DNA from: Azolla caroliniana
Taxonomy: Eukaryota > Plantae > Polypodiophyta
Reading direction: 5' to 3'
NCBI GenBank assembly: GCA_043228905.1
Contig: JBHGNT010000022.1
Coordinates: 3,348,001 to 3,412,000, forward strand
Length of the DNA stretch: 64,000 bases
How positions within the stretch are numbered: the stretch's first letter is position 1; every line of letters begins with the position of its first letter. A model generated the notes under the pieces. The model saw only the letters and a program-made list of their open reading frames with translations, was not told the DNA's origin and made no database searches. Of the stretch, positions 14,401 to 24,344 are shown piece by piece. The position numbers and the translations under genes were made by a program.

Positions 14401-16262
14401 CACTTAGACGACAACAAATCGACTCACTCCTTCGATAGTGTGTTCGAGGGCCTCGACATCCGGACACATGGAGCGAAGAAAGCCTTAGTATCTGCGAATG
14501 AGAAGAACCCTGTAAGCCGTTATGGCTACAACGAGTACATGGTGTATCATTGCGCCTTTATGATGAAGGTAGGGTCAGTATGGGAGCTGGAAACCCTTTC
14601 CGAAGCCATAAAGGATCCGCAATGGGTCGACGCGATGAATGAAGAAATGCAAGACCTATGCAAAAATGAGACATGGATCTCGTTCCTCCCATTCCGCACA
14701 AGAAATCAATTGGTTGCTGATGGATTTACAAAGTCAAACACAATGCTGACGACTCCATAAATCGCTTCAAAACACGGCTCGTTGCGAAAGGATACGCACA
14801 AACACACAGAGTTGACTACGAAGAAACCTTTGCTCCAATGGCAAAGATGACATCTATGCGAACCGTGGTTGCAATCACAGTAGCAAAAGGGTGGCACCTT
14901 CATCATATGGACTTGAAGAACGCTTTCCTCCACCCGGCTTTAGAGGAGGAAGTGTACATGATCCAACCACCCGACTTTAAATCGCGCAATCATCCGAACG
15001 TCGTGTGCCAACTCAAGAAGCCACTCTACAGCCTCAAACAAGCATTGCGTGTGTGGCATTCGAAGATCACGCAATATCTTCATCAAATTGGATTTCGAAT
15101 GTCAAAATCTGATAACTCTCTGTACATCCAAAACAAGTCGGATAGCCCAATTGTCATCATCCTATACATGGATGATTTGGTCATCGGAGGAAAGGAGCTC
15201 GCCGAGATTAACAAGGTCAAATCACTTCTCTCCGGTAGATTCGAAATGAAAGACATGCACAAGCTACATTACTTCTTAGGCATCGAAGTAATTCGGACAC
15301 CATCCGGGATAATGATCTCACAACGACACTATGTCCTCAACTTACTCTACAAGTTCGGGATGACGGAGTGCTCCACCCCGTTTGACCGTAATCTCAAGCT
15401 TGATGTCGATTCTGGCACAACCGAGCGCGAGCCCACTCATTATCGCTAATTGATCGGCAACCTCATCTACCTAACCATTACGCGACCCGACCTCAGCTAT
15501 TCGGTCGGCCTACTCAGCCAATTCATGTAGAATCCACGAAACCTTCATCTTCATTGCACAAAGAGGGTACTTCGGTACGTTGGTGGTGCGATGGATTACG
15601 ACGTTAGATACAGGTCAAATACGATAATTCGACTTGAAGGGTACATAGACACAGACTAGGCAGGTTATAAAGCGAATAGACGTTCAACATCAGGATTCGT
15701 CTTCTCCCTCGGCATTGAAGCAATCTCATGGAGTAGCAAGAAGCAACAGACAGGCGCACTGTTGAGCACGGAGGCTGAATATAGGGGCGTGGCGGTCATC
15801 GTGTGCGAAGCCGTATGGCTCAAGTGTATACTGAAGGATCTGGGCGTACCCATCAAGGATCCAATCCGTCTATACTGCGACAACATGAGCATTATCTACC
15901 TGGCGCAGAACCCCATATTCCATGTGCAGACTAAGCATGTCGAAGTGCACTACCACTTCATCCACGAACGTGTACAGGACGAAGATATAGACTTACACCA
16001 CATCAACACGAATCTACAGGTAGCCGCCATTTTCACGAAAGCCTTGGGTATTGACAAGCTGCAGCAGTTCGCGTCGAACCTTGGCCTATCTCTTCCCGAC
16101 TAGCCGAGCTTGATGGGTAGTATAGAACAGTGAACCGATCGATTGATCGAAGCTGAACAAGGAACTTACGCAACCGAAAAGCCGAACAATCGAAGTTCGA
16201 AGCGTTCCGAAGACCGATCCGAAACAATTTTTCGATATTCGGAAGTTGTGTTCGAAGGGGCA

Positions 16263-16993
16263 TGTTGAGAATAGAACTCAACTTCCTATAGAAATAGGTT
16301 TCACACTAGCTCATGGACATACCATGCTAGTTTTGTAAATAGTAGAAAGGGCCCTTGCCCTAGTTTAGTTGGTATTTAAACCAACCTTTTGTAACGTTGT
16401 TACTGTTGGATGATAATTGTTATGTACACATAACGTTGGTGAGGGTAGGTCACCAATATTTACATTAGTGAAGGCTATGTTCACTAATGTTAAAAAGGGG
16501 ACTAATGATTGGATAGAAGGAATGGTAGGTGCATGCACTATCATGATTTGGACAACCAATGAATGGAGAGCCTTTTAGAAAGGCACATCTATTCAAGGGG
16601 CCTAGGAAAAAGTATAAATATGAGGCTTAGCCACCCTCATAATCACATTACGTCGGAAGGTTGTTGTCTTAGACACCGGTGGTGCAGGCTAGGCTTTCGT
16701 CTCGACGATCGTGTTTATCTTTTCCAAGGTATTAATCATCCTAATATCCGGCGGTATGGGACGTCGGTGGTAGGTTGGCTATGTGTAGATCATATCTCGG
16801 GGGTGGTCGGGTGGAACGGGTTCTTCTATCCATTCTATTTTCCTTCTTTTACTTTAGTTTGGTCTATTGATTAGTAATAGACTCTTAACAATAATATACA
16901 GTCTTCTTGGTTAAGAACTTTCTCTCTCCTTTCTCTCTGTTGTGTAACACACACAATCCTTCCACTACATATAATCAGTCTCATTTCTTTACA
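16263..16993 (+). repeat. 3' LTR of Copia B, interrupted by a solo LTR
   Basis: Matches 6949-7190 once 16418-16895 is removed. Confidence 0.9.
16418..16890 (+). repeat. Solo LTR (473 bp) of the Gypsy I/J-type family
   Basis: Termini TGTTA...TAACA, perfect TSD ATAAT (16413-16417 / 16891-16895). Shares GGGTGGTCGGGTGGA with the J LTR. Confidence 0.92.
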
Positions 16994-18028
16994 TAAGAGC
17001 TCTAAACATTCCTCAGTCTGATGGATAAACTGAACGAGTTAATCAAATTATTGCGGACATGCTTCGAGATTATGTAGTAAAAACCCCTTCTAAGTGGGAG
17101 AAATACCTTCCTATCTTAGAGTTTGCATATAATAGCTCTAAACATACATCCATTGGTTATAATCCTTTTATGTTGATGTATGGTTTTCAGCCATGTGCCC
17201 TAGTGGATGTCACAATTCATTGCGATACAACTCAAGACATGAACCAAATGTTGCATATTGCCAAAGAAAATGTTCAGTCAGCTCAAGATCGTGCTCAATT
17301 TTTTGCTGATCAGGATAGATGTCCTCATGCATTTACTATTGATCAAAAAGTTTTTTTGTGTGTCCCTATTGACTCTATGTCATTGTCTACGGGCAAGTGC
17401 GCTATGTTAGCCCCACAATATTGTGGCCCATTTGAAATCCCTAAGCGAGTTGAGTCATTTGCTTATCACATTGCCTAACCCCATAACGTTGGTATTCATC
17501 TTGTTTTTCACGTCAGTCGTCTAAAACCATTTTTAGGCTCTGGTGATAACACCATCGTAGTCCAAGATCTTGTAACATTAGAGGCTTTTTCTTACAAACC
17601 TCATGTTCCTGAACGAATTCTTGATTCTCGTTTCCTTCTTTTTACTTTATTTTGGTTTATTGACTAGTAATAGACACGTAACACTAAGTGCCCAACACAA
17701 AATGTTTGCATGAATTGGTTAAGAAAGACAACCATGTTTGGTAAATTGGGGTGGATGGTTGTTAAAAAGATAAGAATTTTGATTATTCATTGGTAGTTTG
17801 TTAGCTTGCATATAATAGAGTGAGAGTTGGCTCAAATATTCAAGTTGTTTTCAAGTGGGGCATCGATCCACTCACAATCCTCCATACCAATGTGGAACAA
17901 GTTCCAGATGCATTAATGATGGTTGGAGAGCAAGATTTTGAGAGGCATGTGGTTATCTTTATTAAGCATCCATCAAACATCTTATATATTAAGTATTTTC
18001 CATTTGTAGCATGATCCATGAAGACATT

Positions 18029-18455
18029 TGTAAAAGTAAATATGCGGAAGCTAAGACAAAACTGGCTCACCGGATAGCAACAGAATACAAACACAGGTTT
18101 AATGGAAACCTTACACACAAGAGACAGAGACAGAGAAAGAGCATAACACAACTCAATTCAAAAAATAATAAGATTATGTGTACATACAATGTCCTACATA
18201 ACACTTTTTATACGAGTCCTTAAAAGGACTGACAGAAATACTGACAAATACTTCAATGCTCATATGAGCGACTGACACTGACTCCAAGGAATCTGCCTAT
18301 GTACTAGGCTAGATTCGTAGGCCTCTAACGGCCTACCGGTTACAGTCCGATCCGTCTCTCCAATCCGGATACCTATCCGGTTCTCTGTTCTGGACTCCGA
18401 TCCAGCTCTGGCTTATTCAATCGATCCGGATCCAGTTGAGCTTGTCTGCTCAACA
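18029..18455 (-). repeat. 3' LTR of Copia C (427 bp)
   Basis: Matches 50897-51349. Confidence 0.95.
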
Positions 18456-21400
18456 CTTCCCCTCAAGCTTAACTTAACTTGAGGTCGGATCGCAGTGTCA
18501 GTGTCAATGGTAGCCGATTCTCTCCTCCGGCTCTCCCTGGCGTCCTCCCGCCTGGCTTGCGCTCCTCGACCCATCTGGTTCCGCTTTCCACGACCCGTCC
18601 GGTCCCACGCACCTCGACCTTCTCGGTCGGCTTGTTTGCTCATAAGGCCCTTTTTAGCTCCTTCACTGTTGTGACTTCGACGCTTCTCGACCCGTCAGTT
18701 GCTTCGTATCGGCGTCAACTTCCGCTGCCTCCTCATCTCTTTGGCCTTCAGTTGATCTGGCTACTCCAAATCAAACTCCTCTTCAGAATCGACTGCCTCC
18801 AATTCATTCCAGGCTCTTCCAGCTCTTGTTCGAATTGGTTATCTCCAATTCGTCTTCATCCTTCAGACCCTTCACGACATCGGCCCATGTCTGTGTCTTG
18901 GTCATTCCGGCTTTGCCTCCCCCTTTTCTCGTTGGTTTCGGCTTGGGCTCTCCGCTCTGGTAGCTCCCCCTGCGTCCGGTCTCGGCTTTCTCAACTGTCC
19001 CGTGCACTCCGGCTTCTTCAGTCGGGCCGAAATCGAAATCGGTTTTCGACTCAGCTTTTCGGTCCTCTTCCTCATTCCTCTCATTCCACCCCCTCAAGTT
19101 CGGCATATCGAGGTACTACAGACGTAATGCACTAGAAAATTGCCGCAACTTGTCCAAGCCGAGGGGTTTGGTGAAGATATCGACCACCTGCCGATCCGTC
19201 GGAACATGTAGCGTTTCCACTTCACCAAAGAGAGCGCGCTCTTGGACAAAATGATAGTGCACCTCGATGTGCTTAGTCCGGGCGTGAAAGATGGGGTTCT
19301 TTGCCAACTAGATGTTGCTGAGGTTGTCGCAATAGATCGTCGTCGGGATCAAACACCTCCACTCGCAGATCCTTTAGGAGCCTCATGAGCCATATGGCTT
19401 CGCACGGTGCGATAGCCGCTCCTCGATACTTGGCCTTGGTGCTCGACAATGCCATTGTCGACTGCTACTTACCACTCAAGGCGACCTCATCGCTTCCAAG
19501 TGAAAAAGCATATCCATATGTAGACCTACGATCACCAACATTTTTGGCCCAATCGGCATTTGAGTAGTCGACAAGTTGTTCGGCTACACCGGTCTGATAC
19601 ATCAACCCCCTGTCCTTAGTGCCGCTAATGTACCTGAGTATTCGATGCGCACACTGAAGATGCTCCACAATCGGATGCGCCATGAATTGACTAATCAATC
19701 CAACCGGATAACTGAGGTCTGGCCAGGTGATGGTCAGATATATAAGGCTTTCGACTATTTGTCGAAACCTTGTCGGGTCACATGCCATTCTGGAGTCGGG
19801 GTGAAGCTTCACATTCTGGTCCAGAGGAGTCAAGACGGATTTGCATTCTGTCATACCGAATTTGAAGAGCATACTCAGCACATAATGATGTTGGCTTATC
19901 AGTATGCCTTTGGGGTTGTGGATCACGTCGATCCTGAGGAAGTAATGAAGGTCCCCAAGATCCTTCATGTGAAACAATGCAGCAAGTTGGGATTTGACAT
20001 GGCCGATTTCGTCTAGGTCGGCGCTGGCGATGACTAAATCATCAACATAAAGTAAAATACTAACTGACTTGTTCCGACCTTGCCGGATGAAGAGTGAAGA
20101 GTCTGATTTTGATGGAGCAAACCCCATCCGACGCAATCTCTGCGTGAACTTCACGTTCCAGGTGCGCGGGGCTTGCATGAGTCTGTAGAGGGTCTTCTTC
20201 AATTAGCATACAACCGATGTGTTCACTCCAGACTGAAATCTGGGGAGCTGAACCATATACACCTGTTCCGTAATATCACCTTGTAGGAACGTGTTCTTGA
20301 CATTCATTTGATGTAGATGCCGCCCCTTCGCCGTTGCCATCGCAAGCAAGACACGGACGATCATCATCTTTGCTATCGGCGTGGACGTCTCATCGTAGTC
20401 AATGTCGTGTTGCTGCACGTAGCCTTTGGCCACTAATCGGGCCTTGTACTGGTTGACGGAGCCCTCAGTGTTGTATTTGACCTTATATACCCAAGGGCAA
20501 CCGATCAGCTTCACTGCTTTCGGTACGTCCACTAAATCCCACATCCCATTTTTCGTGAGTGCGTGCATCTCTTCCTCCATAGCGGCATGCCAATTTGCGT
20601 CCTTCACCGCTTCTGCGTAGCTCTTCGGCTCACGCACTGCTGCCACCTACACCATGTACGCATAAAGATGCGCCATATACTCATTGTACCCGTACCTTGT
20701 CACAAGGTTTTTTTGGCGAGTGGATTGGCACAATTCCTGATTCGCCGATTTCGTGGCCTCCTTGGCTGATTCCATCCTCTTCCTCAGAGGTGCATGTTCG
20801 GTTCTGTAAGAGTTGGATTTGCTCCGATCTGACTCGGCTCAACCGGTGTCATACTCCAACATTTTCTTCTTCCCTTTTCTTTGTACGTGAACCGTATCCT
20901 CGATTCCTTGCGCAGGGAGAGCATGGCCGACTCTTCACTACTCGTCGGCTCATCATCTGGTTGTTTGCTCCGGCTCAACCAATCCGGATTCGGTCCACTC
21001 ATCCGGAGAGAAGTCAGACTATCTGGTTGTCTGCTCCTGTTTGGATTTTGCGACGCTTCTCTCTGTTCTGGATTCCACCGGATCATCAATTGCAATCGGC
21101 TCGGGCTTGGATGGAGAGAAGTACCAAGATGTAGATTCATAAAAAACGACATCTCGGCTAACTCGAACCGCTTTTGATCGGGGGTTATAACACTTATAAC
21201 CCTTCTATTCATCCAAGTAGCCGATGAGAATGTACTTTTCTTCTTTCACGTCTAACTTCCTTTGTTTTTGCTTCAGTACATGCACATATGCAATGCTACC
21301 GAACACCCAAGGTGTGCCAAATTCGGCTTCCGCTCAAAGTAGAGTTCGTGCGGCAACACCTTTGCCCCTCAGGCAGATATCTAATTCTGGATGTAGACGG

Positions 21401-22591
21401 CTGTCTGAATCGCTTCGGCCCAATAAAATTTGGGCATGCTTTTCTCCTCAAGCATCGCCCTTGCCGCTTCTACCAACGTCTTGTTCCAACGTTCGGCCAC
21501 GCCGTTCTGCTCCGGTGTGTATCTGCAAGAGAATCCTGTCGGATTTTCGTCTGCAGATAACTCGTGAACTGGCCAGAAAAGTACTCTTTTCTGCCATCGG
21601 ATCTCAGAACCTTCATCTTTCTTCCAGTCTCACGTTCGACAAGGTTCTTCAAATCCCAGAAACACGAGAAGACTTCACTTTTCTTCTCGATTAGATAGAT
21701 CTAAGTGTGCCGTGTGAAATCGTCAATGAAGGAGATGAAATACCGACTCCCACTGATGCTCACGTTCTGCACCGGTCCCCACACATCCGAATGGATGAGA
21801 TCAAGCCGGTTTCGGTGTTGATTCTTCTCATTGGGGAATGGAAGCCTATGCTGCTTCCCGAGCTAGCGCGCTTCACTGGCCTTTCCGGCCATTGAACTTC
21901 GGCAGTTCGAAAATTACATGTGTCGACTGCAACTCCTGAAGCTTCCAGAAGTTGATGTGGCTGATCCGCTTGTGCCACAAGTTGATGTTTGACTCAACCC
22001 TCTGCCCTTTCGCAAACATTGCGGTGCCAACATCATTTGTCTCGAGGATAAACATCCTCCCGTCTCGACGCCCTTGCGCGATGACTTTGTCCTCTTCTTC
22101 GATGAAGCACCCGATATGTGTGAATCAGAAGTGCATCCCTTGGTCAACAATCTGTCCAACCGACACAAGATTCTTTGTGATTTTTGGGACATGCAGAACG
22201 TTCATCAGCTTTCCCTTTTGGCCGACATGGCTGAGACGGACTTCACTGATGTACTCGATGGTATGAGGAGTGTCGTCTCTGGTTTCGACAATTCCCGGTT
22301 GCTCCGGTTTTTCCAAGAATGAAAACCACTTTTCGTGGCTCGTCATATGGTTTGATGCTCCGGAGTCAACATACCATACCTCATTCAGTTTCGAAGTGTT
22401 AGTCTTCATTGAATTAGCCTTGTGTTTCATCACAAATGTTGGGCCCGATCCATCTCCAAAACCGGATCCTTCCGGTCCTTCCGCGTAGTGCGAGCTTTGT
22501 TAGTTTCCCCAACCGACCTTGCCTGATTCGGATTTGTCTGCATTGGTGCGCTTCTTCCAGCACTTGCTCTCTCTGTGGCCCTTCCGGCCAC
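18456..22591 (-). pseudogene. Copia C pol remnants (PR, INT, RT, RNase H, C-terminal extension)
   Basis: Reads [36 protein letters not shown] and KTQTWADVVKGL, with many frameshifts. Confidence 0.9.
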
Positions 22592-23113
22592 AGTACTATC
22601 ATGACCTTATGTTACATGGGTCGAGCTCTTACCATTAGGCTATGTATTGTAATACGAATGATATTATTTTCATTTAAGTTTTACTATAGAAAATTGATGT
22701 ATATTCTAGATTTCTCTGGAACATTCTAGAAACTTCAGGACTACTCCTGAGAACACTATAAAATGAGGCGGAAGGCATTATTTCGAACCAAATCGGTTCA
22801 ACGCCAGTCTTAAGCCTCATAGCTACTATTGTATATTCTCTTAGCATAATATATATCTTTTGTTATCATCATTCTCTCTCTCTGTCTCTCTGTCTCTCTA
22901 TCTCTCTTTCTCTTCCTCACTCACTCTTTCCTTCTCTCGAGAGTTCTACACCTCCCTTAGTACTAATCCTCATCTTTTAGTACTAAATCCTTCTCTGTCT
23001 TAGTACTGTTCCTAACAATTTGAACTGATTTCCTTCTCCTTTCTTCTCTTCCTTTATCTTCTTACTTCTCCCTCCCTTCATACTAATCTCTTATTCCTCT
23101 TTTCTCTCATACT

Positions 23114-23650
23114 ATGGCCACTGTTAGCGCTCAAGAATATCAATCCATTTTTTCGGAGTTGCAATACTTGAAAGAGAAGTTTCTCGCAATGGAACAAGAA
23201 AATCAACGACTGTTGGGGGACCTTCAACAAATCTCCTTAGAGAAGCAACAGACGCAACAACAACATGGGGAACTAGTGTTACACGTGCAACAACTCGACG
23301 CAACCATAGTCACGATGCAACAACAAGGACCCGGTATGCAAGGGGTTCATAAAGAACCCAAGATCGGCCTTCCCATGAAATTTGATGGAACGCGATCGCA
23401 GTTTAGAGGATTCCTTAATAAGGTACGATTAGTCATTCAAATGCATCCTTCCCGATATCCCACCGATGCATCACGAGTGGGTTTAGTAGGCACGTTGTTA
23501 AGTGGCTCAACTTTGGCATGGTTCACTTCGTTGTTAGAAAAGAAATCTCCTTTACTAAATTTTTTTGAAGAGTTTTTAAGTGAGTTTAAAGCCTGTTTTG
23601 GAGATACTGATAGCATAAGGACAACAATCAACAAAATTCGACAATTACGT
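23114..23650 (+). pseudogene. Gypsy F gag N-terminal half (continues at 44121)
   Basis: A coiled coil is followed by LPMKFDGTRSQFRGFL...LLSGSTLAWF. The frame rejoins as RQLR|QGDRPASAYVEDFR after element G. Confidence 0.9.
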
Positions 23651-24344
23651 GGTCACGATGTTTCGTGCACGCGTGTTACTTGGGCGGGACCACGGGGGTC
23701 TTGGACTAGGGAGTACTCAAGGGATAGAGAAGACCTGAGGTTTGCTTTACGACAATACTACTTCCTAACCCCTTCCCGAGCAAGGTCTCGTTGCCCTTTA
23801 TTTTGTGAGGCTGGTGGCTCTCATTGATCACGACTCGTCGACCTTTCGAGATCACCGCACGAGCCAAGTGATCAAACGGGTGTTACCGATTAGGAACACG
23901 GTCTTCGGTCAGTCCTTCGACCTAGACCTCCAAGTGATTGTGGAACAACGAATGGGGCGTCTATGCGTAATGCGTAGGGGAATGCTCCCCGTAACCTATC
24001 AGCGTATAAGGGGGACGACTACAACCGACTCCTTAGCAATGGTTACACTTACGTTCTTACACGCTCAGATATTCCAGATACAGAGTAAATTAGCCGTAGC
24101 TATACACAGACTTTCAGAGAAGATAGAATTCTATTATGATACGCTTCTTTACATTCCAAAAATACACGCTCCCTTTATATACGCAGGGTCTATTTAGCCG
24201 TTCATGCTTCCTACGTGAACCATTACATGCGTTATGATCTTATATTATTTCCTATTCCTACGCTCTTGTCCGTCGGTTACTATTCCGGCGGACAACACCT
24301 GGCACGCCTGTGGGACAGTGCCTTGGCACGTCGGACCCATCCCG

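Larger units (their letters stand above)
6949..16993 (+). mobile_element. Copia B: degenerate full-length Ty1/copia element
   Basis: 5' LTR 6949-7190 (TG..CA), PBS TGGTATCAAAGC 7191-7202 (tRNA-iMet type), gag from 7309, PR/INT/RT/RH fragments 12162-16103, PPT near 16255, 3' LTR 16263-16993 (interrupted). Degenerate TSD TAGTA/TAAGA. Confidence 0.93.
6442..17683 (+). mobile_element. Gypsy I: degenerate Ty3/gypsy integrase region (6442-6948 + 16999-17630) and 3' tip of its LTR (~17630-17683)
   Basis: Reads CLQCQ, MDFIVSLP, WVVVDRLTK, EFAYNSSKH and YCGPF. The last ~50 bp (...GACTAGTAATAGACACGTAACA) match the end of the solo LTR at 16418-16890. Split by Copia B. Confidence 0.85.

Noticed and set aside
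17684-18028. Target sequence of Copia C (continuing at 51355) and the 51.7-52.3 kb region as gene remnants
   Set aside because: Only short frames with no recognisable motif; left unannotated.
24300-24316. Reading Gypsy H as a plus-strand element using this site as its true PBS
   Set aside because: gag-pol, the extra ORFs and the LTR TATA are all on minus, and a PBS exists after the right-hand LTR.
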